NCBI GenBank assembly: GCA_027604505.1
Contig: JADIIX010000001.1
Span: 62,001-126,000 of the forward strand
Direction of reading: 5' to 3'
Source: Gonapodya sp. JEL0774
Taxonomy: Eukaryota
DNA: 64,000 nt
The position numbers were made by a program, and so were the translations under genes. This document shows, in pieces, positions 11,752-24,787 of the stretch. The notes under the pieces were generated by a model that was not told where the DNA came from, searched no databases, and was given only the letters and a program-made list of their open reading frames with translations. Positions within the stretch are counted from its first letter, which is position 1. Every line of letters starts with the position of its first letter.

Positions 11752-14305
11752 TCACAGTTTCTTTCCCTGCTCAAGCGCCTTACTACGGTCCTTGTACCCC
11801 TCAAAGGCTTTACGGACTTTCTCACCTCGCCGCAACTCCAATTTCCCAATCTGCTGTGTATGTACCTCATCAGGCTATGGAAAACGTAATATATCGCGAG
11901 TTAAATCGCATCAGCGGGAGAAACAGCATGTCTATCATACGCACCCCATCGACAAATCTCAAAGTCCTCGCATTCGAAAACTTGAAAGAAAACAAAAATA
12001 AGGAATTAGTGGTGATAGAATATTTCAGTCTGGAGTGATACACCGTACCATCTCCGCAAGTTCGTGGTCAGCTGAAACACCACCCGCTCCATGCAACTGC
12101 ACTGCACGGTCAATGACGCGCTGCAATACGTTCGGGACGATAACCTTGGCTGCACGGTTCGAAAAGAGGTATAAGAGGTCCGCAGCCACTCATTTGTACG
12201 ATCTTGCTCACCCATCGCAATCTCACGGAGGGCGGCCTTCGTGCCCACTTTGTCAATCATGTCCGCAGCCTGGTTGTTGTGACAAGATCACACACCAATA
12301 TGTCAGTGCATAGCAGGACAACCACACAAAGCAAGCAGGCCGGGCCACTCACCAATAATACGAGCAGTCTCGCTTGATCTATTTCCATTCGACTGGTCGC
12401 AATATCCCACTGTACCTTCTGGAAATTTCCTTTAAGTTGCCCAAATGGTCGGCGGTTTGGATTGGTCGCTTCCGCGATGAGCTTGTCGAGGGCCCGCTCA
12501 GCCTGAAGTAAAATGGTGGATGAAGTATCGGCATTCGAGGTACGATTCTGGATAGAATGCTGAGTTTCAAATATGTACCTGTCCAATAGCACGCATAGCG
12601 TGATGAATGCGACCTAAGAAAATCAAGTTCATCTCAGAAATCCTGCCCGATCGAATGTGTCCACGATAAACTCACCAGGCCCCATGCGACCCTGCATAAC
12701 TTCGAAGCCACGTCCTTCTCCCAGCACAATGTTTTCCATGGGGATAACAACGTTCTCCAGAAGGATCTCGCAGTGACCAATTGGGGCGTCATCTGCACAT
12801 TCCGATTCGAATCAGACGATGAACAACAATCTGCCAAAAAGTTTCGAGACATCACCTTCTCCCTAATACAACCCAAATGTCTCAGTAAAAGCACCTCATG
12901 TCAAACGAACATGAGATTCCACACTTACAAAAACCGTCAAGTTCCTGACAATGGTTATTCCCGGTGTATCCCGAGGAATTAGGACGATCGACTGCTGCCG
13001 ATGAACCTCCGGGTGGTCGGGAGCAGTTTTACCCAAAAGAATATAGAGTTTAGTTCGCGGGTTGTTTCCATCTTGGTCGAAGGAGACAAGTGTCTGTTAG
13101 TATAAGGGACACACATTATGTGTGGTTGCCCACTAACTGGTTATCCACCACTTCCGCCCGTTTATGACATAATTGCCCCTGCCATCGCGCTCGATTCGTG
13201 TCGAGACGTTAGTAGCATCTGACGAAGCCTGGTTCGGTTCGGTCATCAAGAATGCGGAGTGAATCTCCCCTCGGAAAAGTGGTTCAAGCCATTTCTTTTT
13301 CTGTGCATCGGTGCCATATTTGGCGAGGAGCTCCATCTAATAAAAGCACCAGCGAATGCAAAATGAGCGAATGCAATCATCTCCGCAACGTGATTCAGAA
13401 CCCACATTACCAGTGTCCGGGGCATTGCAGCTGTTTGGGAATACAGTAGACGTTTGTGCATGGTCACAGTTACCGATACCGCTTAAGGGTTACTCACTTG
13501 CAAGCTAGTGGTGCGACAGTAGTGGAGCGACCCAGAATCTCACAAAGCACACCATCTGGCAACCAATGTAAAAACATTCGCAACGAGATCCGAAAGACCG
13601 GGATTTACATTGAACCAGGTAGTCAGATACCCAGAAGATTGCATTGTATACCTTAAAGATCTAATAATGTCAGTTTCACTCACATTCGAGGTTTGTTAAG
13701 CCCGGCGATGTGAAACCTTCGTAATGGTTGGGGAGGAACATGTTGAACTGCCCGCGCGACATAGCGTTAACCTCATTATCCTTCTAAAAGTCTCGTCCAA
13801 GCTGAATATGACTTACAAGTCCAAGACTTTTCGCCTTCGCTCTCAATTCATCGATGATGGGAGGGAAGCGGGAAAAACGATCATTGCTCCCCTTCTTAGA
13901 GTTTCCGAGTTGCTATAGCCCACGGAGATTCCGGGTAATGTACAAGATGACAGTGGAGCAATGATATCACAAAATTAGTGTGGTGTGACGCCAAATGTCA
14001 TGAGATATGTGGCTCCCCGCCGCAAAATCTGTTCCGATAACTCACCTCCTCGAACAGCTTCTCAGCCGGAATACAGTCACGCTATATGATCATCATACAA
14101 CATGGGGGCCCAGCCATCAGGTTTTGGTGGAATCCGGTTGCCATTCGAGTGTGGCATTGAAGTGTTCTTGTTCAGTTCCGATTCCGACTTCACTTGACTC
14201 CGTTGCAGTTTCCGAAGAGCCACAAACCTCGACGAAATCCTCCAAAATAGCTTTGAGCTTCTGTGCTTTCGGCGAGAGTGTCACCAAGGATGGAACGGTG
14301 GTCAT
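11752..14305 (-). CDS. Acyl-CoA dehydrogenase, ACAD10/11-like (dehydrogenase domain only), many small exons
   Basis: [65 protein letters not shown]. Ends GKKL*. Confidence 0.9.
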
Positions 14306-14508
14306 ACTTTCTCTGCGGATTGAAACGATGCAAGTGACTCCCGCTGGCAACACACACACGTCAAAAGAGGATCAAAACGATAGACCACAGCTGATCTGCC
14401 CACAAGAATGTCTGACAAGAAATTACTTGATATATTTGCACTTCAAGGGAAAATTAGCAAGAGATTGCACTCTCTCTACGCCCATCTTTTCGAGTCCTAT
14501 TATGAAGT

Positions 14509-15576
14509 TTACTGTGCCCGCTGGACAAATGTCTGAGTCCCGCACAGAAATCAGATGTAACTGTGTCCAGCCAACGCGACAGCGTCCCATACACGCTAAA
14601 GATTTAAGCGAACTCACCTTCACTGCCCTGTCTGCCAAATCCAACGGCTTCTTCTCTTCGTTATTCTGTGCATCCAAAGACGCTCCTTTGCCTATCAAAA
14701 GTACCGCAGTAGAACCGTGTCCTTCCTCGCAGGCGAGGTGTCTGTGCGTCAGGACGGAAGTGATCAGGAAAATCACTCGAAATTCTTGAGCTATGGTTGC
14801 CCTACGGTATGGTAACTCACAAAGGTGTGTTTCCTTGTTTATCTTCCTTGTCCACTTCCGCTCCCGCTGCCAACAAGAGCTCCACCATTTTGTCATAACC
14901 TTTTGCAGAGGCACGATGAAGAGCCGTCTGCCGATTCGAGTCCACAGCGTTCGTGTTCGCCTTTGCACCTGCCGGGGGATTCAAGAGGAGTTTGACTATA
15001 TCGAGCCGGTTTTTGGAAGCAGCGTACTGGCGCAAATGTTGTGATGGCGACAACTGAGTGCGGAGGTAAGAGGCGGAGTGACCTCTACTCAACGTCTCTC
15101 ACATGCAGAGGAGCCTGACCATTTTCGTTCTTTAGGTTCACGTTTGCTTGAGTGACAATCAGACAATCAAACCCTGATCGTTTTTGTCTTCGTGAACCGC
15201 TAAACTCACCTCCAGCACGTAGCACCAATTCTAAGCAGTCTGTTTGGCCTACAAATTGTCTCAAAAAGTTCTGACATCCACTTCCAGACTCTCAAAATTG
15301 ACATAACTCCTGTATCACACCTGTTGCTGTCGCAATCATCACTGGTGTCCAACCCGCGTCGTCCGTTGCGTTCACATCTGATCCCTTTTCCAGAAGCAGC
15401 GTCACGAGATCTGGCTTTCCACTGGAGCATGCCCAATGCAGGGCCGTTCGTTCGTCGTCATCCTTCGCGCGAACTAACGAGGGGGTGGCAGACAGTAGAG
15501 AGGACGCCGTGGCCAAATCTCCTGAAAGCGCCACGCTGAAGATGGTTGGCAACGCGCTGGATGGGTTTGGAGGCAT
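14509..15576 (-). CDS. Ankyrin-repeat 26S proteasome assembly chaperone, gankyrin/PSMD10/Nas6-like, spliced
   Basis: DDDERTALHWACSSG, DDAGWTPVMIA, QTALHRASAKG, DKQGNTPL|HLACEEG, NNEEKKPLD. Confidence 0.82.
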
Positions 15577-15853
15577 ATTTTATTTGCGGTGGGAGGGCAT
15601 AATGCAAGGAATGCTCAGCACAACCAACTTTGGTCAGTGATCCTGGTGCGTTATTGCTCACCCTGTTGTTTTCCTTTCCCTGCCGGACAGTTTCAGTTCA
15701 GCCAGGACACGGGAAACGAGGTGCCATCTTTCGTGTCTTGCTGAAATGCACTCAATGGCGTGTGCTAAGCATGACTGGGACTCCCGCTAGCCCTGCTCTC
15801 TCTTTGTCCTTGCCTTTCTCCCCTTTCTCCTGCCTTTATCCTTCTCACCTGAC

Positions 15854-16381
15854 ATGTCGGACGACGAGGGCGACTTTGGCCCGGGCGGTGGCGCTGACGA
15901 TGTCTATGACGAGGACGAAATGGAAGAAGACAACCCCGAGATGTACGAGGAGAATGAAGAACAACAGGAGGACCAGGACCAACATCCAGATCTAGACGGC
16001 GCAGCTGAAATGGAACCTGATGCTCCGGATGGGGCAAGTGGAGGTGCGGGTGGCGCGAACGGACATTATGAGGGCGGAGGGGCGGCCCATGGAGCAGGGG
16101 GTGGGGCCCATCTCGGTCCCATTTCACCCGGAGAAGTTCCCAAAGAAAAGCGAACGACGACTCCGTACCTCACAAAGTACGAACGTGCGCGCCTTCTTGG
16201 TACGCGTGCCCTCCAGATATCCATGAACGCGCCCGTCATGGTGGATTTGGAAGGGGAAACTGACCCCCTCGATATTGCACAGAAAGAACTGCAAGCTAAG
16301 AAAATTCCTCTGCTTGTGAGGAGGTATCTGCCGGACGGCAGCTGGGAGGATTGGTCCGTGGAGGAACTTATCATTGAGTGA
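15854..16381 (+). CDS. RPB6: RNA polymerase I/II/III common subunit RPABC2
   Basis: Acidic N-terminus, then [57 protein letters not shown]. Single exon. Confidence 0.97.
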   Translation: MSDDEGDFGPGGGADDVYDEDEMEEDNPEMYEENEEQQEDQDQHPDLDGAAEMEPDAPDGASGGAGGANGHYEGGGAAHGAGGGAHLGPISPGEVPKEKRTTTPYLTKYERARLLGTRALQISMNAPVMVDLEGETDPLDIAQKELQAKKIPLLVRRYLPDGSWEDWSVEELIIE

Positions 16382-16905
16382 TCAAATAGCTTACGTTTGC
16401 GTAGTTCGGAGTCTTGATGCCAGTTCTGTAGGTGAGTTTCCATCTCACCGGCTTTTTTTTTTTAAAAAATAATTCCAAAACGCTTGTTGACATGCAGATT
16501 TAATTAGATTCTGTGCGAGGACTCCTGTACATTTTCTCAATCCACACACATGCACATAACTGTCCATGCCGTCCCATCCGTTCAACTTCACGAGAGCCGG
16601 TGCCTTTCCGTTTTCAAAGTCTTGCATTCCCACCTCGATAAGAGGTTCAGGCTTGGCAAATGAGTAATTTGTGAATGGCGATCCCACTACGCTTCCTGGA
16701 GTGTGAAGTTGAGCCAGCCCGACAACTTTGTTGGTGACCATCAAGTATAAAGAACGACTACGACTACCAGGACGGTCACATAATGACCAAACGCGCGAAG
16801 CTTGGAAAGTAAATTCTCCCTTATTGAATTACAAATTTCTTACAGCAAATCCTTTGGGGAAGCTCCCCCGCGGAGGTCCATTCGTTGACTCCACAACAAC
16901 GTTCT

Positions 16906-19465
16906 TCACTTGTTCAAGCGCCGTGCATAGAAAGCAACCCCCACCGCTGCCACCATCACAAGCCCCGCAACTTTGACAAGCAGACTTCCTTCTGCTGGGA
17001 GCTTCCTCTTGGCCAAGCTCTCCAAGGTTGCCAAGTTCTTCTCGTTGTACGGAGGGAACCTTCCAGTAAACCCGTCCATTTTTTCAGAGAACCAATCAAG
17101 CGGTTTCTCGAGGACGGTTTTGTTGTGCGTGTAGGCAAGAAAACCGTATTTTCCATGGAGTGAGCCCATACCTGAGTTGCCGATTCCTTCACCGTTCACG
17201 TTCATGAAAGAGACCTTCACTTTCAGGAAGTTTACTTTAATCTTCAAGCTAAGCTGTACTCACCACCAAACGGTGCCGAGTCACTGGCGTACTGGTACGT
17301 TGCGTCATTCTGTTCAAGGGAACAAGCAAACATAGTGAGAGGAGTCTAACGTCCCCCAAAGTTCCCCTACATGCTATACCACTCACCACCACAACACTGC
17401 CCGACACAGCTGACTGATGCACCTTTGCCGCCGTCGCTTTGTTCTTGGTGAAGACGTACAAGGCCAATGGTCTCTCACCAGCCTTCACGAAATCAATAGC
17501 GGCATCCACTCCGGCACACTCTAAAATCGGCAACACGGGCCCGAAGATCTCCTGCGACATCAACGGTCCATCCTTTTTCACACCCGCGATGATGGTCGGC
17601 TCGATGAAGCACTTCTCTTCGTCCCACTTGCCACCTGTGACAAGGAACGACCCTGGCTGGACCTTTTGTTGGTCAATCAGAGCACCAATTCGACGCGTGT
17701 GGCTGCGGTTGACGATTCTAGCAAGGTCAGGGGACGACGATGGGTCCGTCCCAAAGAAGTCAAGGACATTCTGGCGCACTTCAGCGACGAGGGGCTGGAG
17801 GAGGTGAGGGGGGCAAAGGACGTAGTCAGGGGCGATACCTAAAGCGAGTTATTGAATTGTAAACGTGGGGAGTGAATGAAGAGGATCTTGTGAGATTCAT
17901 GCGACACACGTTTTGAAAGCTCGAATCGCGGACTAACATGTCTGCCCGGCGTTGAAAAATTTCGTCCCGACGAGTCTTTTGGCAGCCCGGGCAATGTCTA
18001 AGGGTGTGAGCGCCGGATCGATGATTACGGGGGACTTGCCGCCGAGCTCTGTGGCAAATGAAGAAATTGTGGTTCATGTCATACATGCGAAAACAAGATT
18101 ATCATTTCGGTGAAACAGATTAGAAGCCGGTTGAGGGATACAAGGCGATGAACGTAAATGAGAGGACTCCAACGCACCCAACACGACGGGGGTGAGATAC
18201 TTTGCTGCAGCAGCCATAATGATCTGAAACAGAGACCGAGACATGGAGAAGAAACGTGGCAATACAGAGGGGATACAAAAGCACGGAATTTAGTGAGATG
18301 GTCATACAGAGTACTCTAACGAAGGCTCCGTTCACCAACCTTGCCGACAGTGCTTTATGAAGGAAGGTAACATGTACCAAACAAAGAATCGACGAAATGG
18401 AATTATGGAGAACAACCAGCCATAATCTCAGTATGTATCAATCCTTGATCGATCCGAATGTCGAACTCACGTACTCCCGGTGTAAGTGATGTGATCAAAT
18501 CTCTTCTCCAGCAGCGCCGTTGTCTCCTTCACGCCTCCATTAACCACGAAAATGGCCTCGCGATCGAGATACTTCGGTACGAGTTGGGCGATGAGCATAG
18601 CGGCATTGGGGGTAAGCTCACTTGGTTTGAGCACTGCAGCGTTACCTGCAGCGAGTGCAGATGTGAGGGGTTTAAAGATGAGGTCAAATGGGTAGTTCTT
18701 GTACGGGAGAGTGAAGTGTTAGACGATTGCGAGGTCACTGTGCACTTGGAGCGATGCGGTAGTAATTCTCACCCACGGAGCGATGATGAGACAGACTCCG
18801 AATGGTTCTTTGTGTACTGACAGCTCCGCACCCGTTTCAGTGAGACCTTTTTCTGGGTAGTCAGGTTTTGCCCACTTGTCAAGATTTTCAAAGGTGACTG
18901 GCATTCCAACATATCGAAAACGCGACAATGTTGGCGGTTGACGGATACACACCAAAAGTCATGGCAACACTTACAGACAATATGGTTTAGGTCGAGGACG
19001 TACTCGCTGTTGATTGTGAGTGAGGAAGAGATTTTCAGACAAATTGAAACGATCGCAAAGATGTGACCACATAAACTCACGCCAACTTCCATCACCGACA
19101 CCGAATTATTAAAACCGGGTCAATTAAAATTGACTTGAATACAACACAAAGAAATGAGTTTTGGTACTCACCGCGGCCTCGGTTGTGGGCTTTTTGAAGT
19201 CTTTCTGCACCGCGGCAATGATAGCCTTCGAGTTCTCATCGATGAGACGATAGAGAGCCCTCAATTGCTCTTTACGCCACTTGAGCGACTTGGTGCGCCC
19301 GGAATCGAAAGTTGCGCGCGCTGTGGATATGATCTCCAGGAGTAGCAAACAGTGTCTTGTATCGGGTGGCCAGCATGTAACAACCGAAACAACACCTTCG
19401 CTCACCTTATCGAGTTCATTGATGGGTGTCGCGCGGAATCCAGAAGCGTCGCCGGTGGTCGTCAT
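16906..19465 (-). CDS. Fatty aldehyde dehydrogenase (ALDH3/Hfd1-like) with C-terminal membrane anchor, spliced
   Basis: [85 protein letters not shown] tail [11 protein letters not shown]. Confidence 0.93.
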
Positions 19466-19763
19466 TGGGACTTCGTGTTGGTTGTCGGCACACAATGAAG
19501 GACATGTGCCGAGCTGCCTGGATATCATACCCTCGCGGATAAACCTCCGGATTCCAAAAGTATAATAATGTCTCGCTCCATGGTGCGAGATACCAGGGAC
19601 CCAACTAATATAAGGGGTACGTCGTCTTAGACAAGCACTTTGGAGATAGTCTTATCTCCGTTCAAGCGGCGCCTTAACATGAAGATGCAATTCACATAAT
19701 GATAAGGTGACTCGATTCTCCCTGCACATAAAGGTGTATATGATTTTGTTTATGATCTCAATT

Positions 19764-20560
19764 TCAGACAGTTGTGAAGTCCAGATCACTCCCAACCAGA
19801 AGGTGGACACATCTCTCGCATATTAGGTGAGTTGACAAACTGTGCTCAGACCTAATCGGACCTTTCGTGGGCGGCAACGGCACCAGGACACACTCTTCTG
19901 GAGGCCTGGAACTATCTAACATCCGACCCCACGCCAGACTGCCATGACACAATTGGATCACGAGGATAAGTTGGTCAAGGAGCTCATGTCCGGACTTCTC
20001 ATCTTCGAACTCAATCGCTGCCCTTCGCTCATTCCTGTTCACGACTTCGAATGTGTTTCGTAGGATTGGGGGCTTTCCTGGCACCTTCGCCGAAGACCGT
20101 GCATACTTTCGGAGCCCGAATAGTTCACCTAGTTCACAGTATGCAGAATTGGAGGAAGCCGAGATTGTGATGAGATGGCTCTTCCCATAGACCACGTCAC
20201 CACACTCCACGATCGGATATTGGAAACAATTGAACAACTTTCCCGTACTCAACCACACAAAGTGAAGCTCTCAAATGTGCGGTTGAAGCGAAACAAATGG
20301 AGATGTTTAGTGGTGGTTGCAGCACAGAATCGAACTGATTATAGTTTGGTTCGCGCAGATTGGGTTTCTCTCGACGCGTCAAATTGAATGAATTCATTAC
20401 TGCTCATTCTTGGTGCAACAACATACTTGTTGAATCTTGAAACCAGGCTCTCTGTTTTGAATTTCCTCAAAAGCGTTGCTGCACCAAATGACCCCCCTGC
20501 AACTGGTGCGATTATGTTTCTCGGGATGACGACGTAATGCAAATCACGTCTGACATATGG
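19764..20560 (-). pseudogene. Unidentified degenerate coding-like fragment
   Basis: Adjacent minus-strand ORFs of 67 and 164 aa with globular-protein composition, interrupted by a stop. No family recognised. Confidence 0.3.
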
Positions 20561-20996
20561 ATATTACAAGTACGGTAAGAGTCGTGATTACAGTCGAGGG
20601 GTTATCCCCTGGAGGGGATGAAGGGAACAGCGATTCGAAGCAGCAATCAATGGCTCGTAGTCTGAGCCTTGCCCCCAGTGCTGTAAAACTGCACCGTGTT
20701 TTGCCGCCGTGGTGGAATCTCAACTTCGGAATGCTGTACAGGAGTGTATGCCAGGGTGTCTACTATTACAGCACGCTAGGATGAACAAAAACCAAACCTT
20801 CAAGAAATGAATCAATTTGGGTACGGAAACCTTGAAACGTAAAGAGAATGCTCACCTCGTGATGAGATAATGTTGGAGGAGGGAAGATGAGAAAAATTAC
20901 TGGCTGCGGGATAAGCAAAAATGAAACGCGCCCGCGTGAAACCCCGATGACCACAAGGAATTTAATGCGGTGAGTGGTAGCGATAAAGTGTATAGT

Positions 20997-22017
20997 CATC
21001 TCCGGTATTACCAAGAGTGTATGAAAAGCCACTCACAAGTCGAACATGATGCTTTGAATCGCAACCATAAACATATGATGCTGTAATACATTGTTCATCA
21101 ATATATTAACTTGTCCGACCAATCGTGGACGAGATGAGATTCCCGAGAATATGTCAGGGAGGACACATTCAGGAATCAGCAGCCACGGACACCATTTTGG
21201 TATGAAGACAATGTTGGTCGATGTTATGCAGGTTGTTGAGGAAATGTTTGAGTGTGTCGCAACTTCCCACACGCAAGGTATAAAACGACAGTGCCACGGG
21301 ACTGCAACAAAGGGAATCAAAATGCACAGACAGTGGTTGTGCGGGCCATATATTCTCCTCGCGCACGCCAGTTACCCAGGGGGCTTGCCCAAGATGGGAA
21401 ATGGTGGGCCAGCGGCCCCCCCTGGCGTCGCCCGCGAGTGGTAGCTACAGTACAAGAAGGTGATATACTAAGATGCAAGATGTTTCGCATTGCAGAGTAG
21501 ATGTCATACATGTGATGCCGGTCGAAATAGAGCAAACGGTGGAGTGTGATTAGGATGTTCCGTTCGACCCAATACATCTCAAAGCGCATAGGACGAGTTG
21601 TCGTACACTTACCTAAGCCACAACAGGACATATTTGACCCTCTCCGTTTGTCCCACTACTCGCATCCTCTAGCGCCATCACGGGTGACAAGGGCTGCAGC
21701 CTCGAAGCTCCCGGAAACTCAGCCCGGGCGCCGCTTTTCTGCAGTTTCCCACACATGGTCTACAAACCTGTCACAGGCGCCAGAGAGCGAGGTGAACCTG
21801 AAGAAGCGAGAAGGAGTCCACAAGTCCAACGTCAGGCAACGACACGCATAACAGAAGACTCCAACCACCGGACAAAACTCACTGAACGGTCGCATAAGCC
21901 CCACTCGGAAACTCATGGTCGCATCTAGCGTTGCAGGATTTCTTGTTGCTGTCGGGGATGGAGCTGAACGGAATGATTGGGAAATTCTTCGTGGATTGGA
22001 GAGAGGCTGGCCCCAGG
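20997..22017 (+). repeat. ~1.02-kb repeat, left arm of inverted pair (partner 31506-32538)
   Basis: Reverse-complement match read by eye. Both copies give the same ORF peptides (MVASSVAGFLVAVGDGAERNDWEIL; STQYISKRIGRVVVHLPKPQQDIFDPLR..). Confidence 0.95.
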
Positions 22018-22067
22018 GCACCCGCCGGATACAGATTCTCTCAGACCGTTCATCCAAATCCGCGATA

Positions 22068-24685
22068 ATGGAGCAACAATCTTCGACCCGGATTCGCACT
22101 GAATCGCTTTCTCGAAACAAAAAGAATGCGATACCCACGACCACACTCGTCACCGATGCTTCATCTGTCGCCGTTCCCACCTTGCCAAAGCCCCACCCTC
22201 CGCTTCAGGCACCCAATTCTAGACAAGCCAGCAAACCGAATGCATTCAGTCGGAGAGCTTCAGAAAGTCGTGAATTTGAAAGGGAAAATGAAATGCGGAA
22301 AGAAAATTACGGTGTTGGGGGTATTGTCTCTAGTGCGGGACGCGGCCTTGCTGGTCAGAGCTCCACATCTAGTGCTAGCGGAGACAACGCGGTGACAGGC
22401 TCTTTAGCTGCCACTCGTGCTGGCAACACTTCCGCGCCTTACGGGTACACTGCAGGCCTGGCCTCATTTGGGTCCACCGCCCCCAGAAGTCTGCGTCAGG
22501 TGAAAACTCCCAGTACCGCTCCTCAGACCCATATTCAGGCCCCTATTGTATCACCTGCCGCTTCACCGAGCTCTACACCCCCAGCTTCGTCTTCTCGGTT
22601 ACCCGCTCCTGGAACGGTTTCACCTATCACTGGAAGTTGGTCGGACACGCAGCCGCCGAGGGCTGGTCTGTCCAGCGGAACGTCAATCGTGCCTCAGCCA
22701 TTAACAGAAAACCCTCAAGTACCCCGCCTCCGTGTCGGTCTCGTCGGCCAAACCACGGTAGAGCTCCTCTGGCGACCCCCACAACCAAAGCCCAAGCCCG
22801 GCGTTCAGTCGGATGCAGAACCATCGCCGTGTCCCCTACCTGCCTCTTTCGCCTACCAACTGTCTCGAACCGAACCAACCGCGGCGTCAGCATCAGCGTC
22901 AACGTCGGCAGACAGAGGTGCGCCAACAGGAGCTCTGGACATCAGCAGCAGTACAAGTGACGCTGGCGCACAACTCAATCCTGACAATGCGAACAATCTT
23001 TCGTCTTCCCAGCTTCTTGAAGCAATGGAAGGATCAGCCAACCCTTCCACCACCTCTCGCAAATCTCCACAGGACTCTTCGGAACCCCCCTCCTCTTTCT
23101 TACCTCCCTTCCCCTCCTCCACATCGTCCACAAACCCAAACTCTGCCTGGCTAACCATTTACACAGGCCGTGCCACATCTTACCTTGTATCAGGACTGCT
23201 GCAAGGAACCGCCTATCGATTCCGGTTGCGGGTCCGTGGACCGCCAGACGAAGTGAGGGAAGGATGGAGAATTGGGATTACTGGGCTGGCGGAGGGAGAA
23301 AGTGAGGTGGAAGTAGTGGTGGGAGGTGAGTTAGTGTTGGCAGTGATGTGTGGAGGTGTACGGATCGACGGAGAGCGTGCAATGTGCTGGCACGGTGACC
23401 GAGACGCAATCCGTGGGAATACTGCAGGACCACAGACTATGCACGGTCACCACCGTCTGGGTGTACATTTTGAGTCTGCAGACGGTTCTTGAGACGACCA
23501 CTAACCGCCCACGACTCTCGCAAGCCTCCACCAACAACCAGAGTTCCCGCCTCGCCGACCAGCTGTGCTCCGCCGTCGCCGATGGAGACATTCGTCTTCT
23601 GCATGAGCTCGCGGGCGTGATGGGAGACGGGTTCGAGACAGAGGTAGGAGTGCATAATTGTGTCCGTCATCCACCATCGCCTCGCTCCCCCTGACTCCTC
23701 CCAAACCCTGCTTCTGCTCGTACATATTTTACAAATTATAGCTTCGAGACCGATACGGTCGCACACTCCTTATGGTAGCGTGTCAGCTCGGTAAAGAAGA
23801 CATCGCCCGCTTCTTGCTAGACAGAGGTGCGAACGCGGCAGCATCAAGTAAAAGTGAGTCCAGAAGAGTATACAGATCTCTACCTACTTTCTACTAATTG
23901 GCTGACATTACTTATTCAAGGCGGTAAGTCGCCACTCATGCTCGCCTCCACTGCGCAGCACCTTCCGGTTGTGCGGTTGCTCCTCCGGCATCCATCGACG
24001 TATCGTATCCGTGCGGAGCTGACGAAGCAAAGGGATAATGCTGGATCTACTGCTCTGAACTGTGCGCTGGAGAATGGAATGACCGAGTGTGTGGAGGAGA
24101 TACTGGCAGCTGGTGGTGATGTCACCGGCGAGGATGTGAAAGGTAAGAGTCCGCGTCTTGGGTTCTGGCGGCACACGCTCTTGTCGTTCACTCGTGACCC
24201 TGCACATCTGACCGAATAATGCCAATTTACCCAAGGTTACACGCCTCTCGACAGGCTCCTCTCTTCCCCAAATTGCAATCCGGTCCTGGTGCAGACAATG
24301 CTTCGACACGGAGCGAAACCAACCACGAAAGTGAGCCCGTCTAAAACCTATACGAGTTTGATGCTGGCGGCTTTAGCTGGTATGGATAGATGGATTTTGG
24401 GTTTGAATGTGCTTGATCAAGACTGAGGTTTTCTCCCCCACAGGCCATGACCGTGCCTGCCGTGTACTCCTCGACCCACTTGACAAAGGTGGTGCCGGAG
24501 TAGACCCCTTCGCGACAACCGAGCACGGCACCGATGCCGCAATGATGGCGGATGCTCAAGGTAAACCTCGGTGTGCTGAAGTGGTGAGGCGATACATGGT
24601 CAGGCAACGAGAGAGAGAGAAGGAGAAGGAGAAGATGGAGAAGGAAGCTCGAGGGAGAGAAAGGGAGAGGGGAGGTGGATTTTGA
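22068..24685 (+). CDS. Fibronectin type III + ankyrin repeat protein (FANK1-like), spliced
   Basis: Split FN3 (VGQTTVELLW..YQL..WLTIYTGRATSYLVSGLLQGTAYRFRLRV), then ankyrins GHTPLMVAC, GKSPLMLAS, GSTALNCA. Confidence 0.75.
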
Positions 24686-24787
24686 AGAGCCCGTCTGCCA
24701 AAACGATAGGGGTTCTGGTAACAACTAATGGAACTCAACCTCCCTCGTAAATGAATCGTATTATCATAAGTAATAACTTGGCACATA

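Noticed and set aside
20460..20510. AGGSFGA as a kinase glycine-rich loop
   Set aside because: No VAxK, HRD or DFG motifs follow.
21720..21765. RRFSAVSHTWS resembling the HET-domain YxALSHxW motif
   Set aside because: No downstream WID..CI motif in any frame, and the ORF is short.
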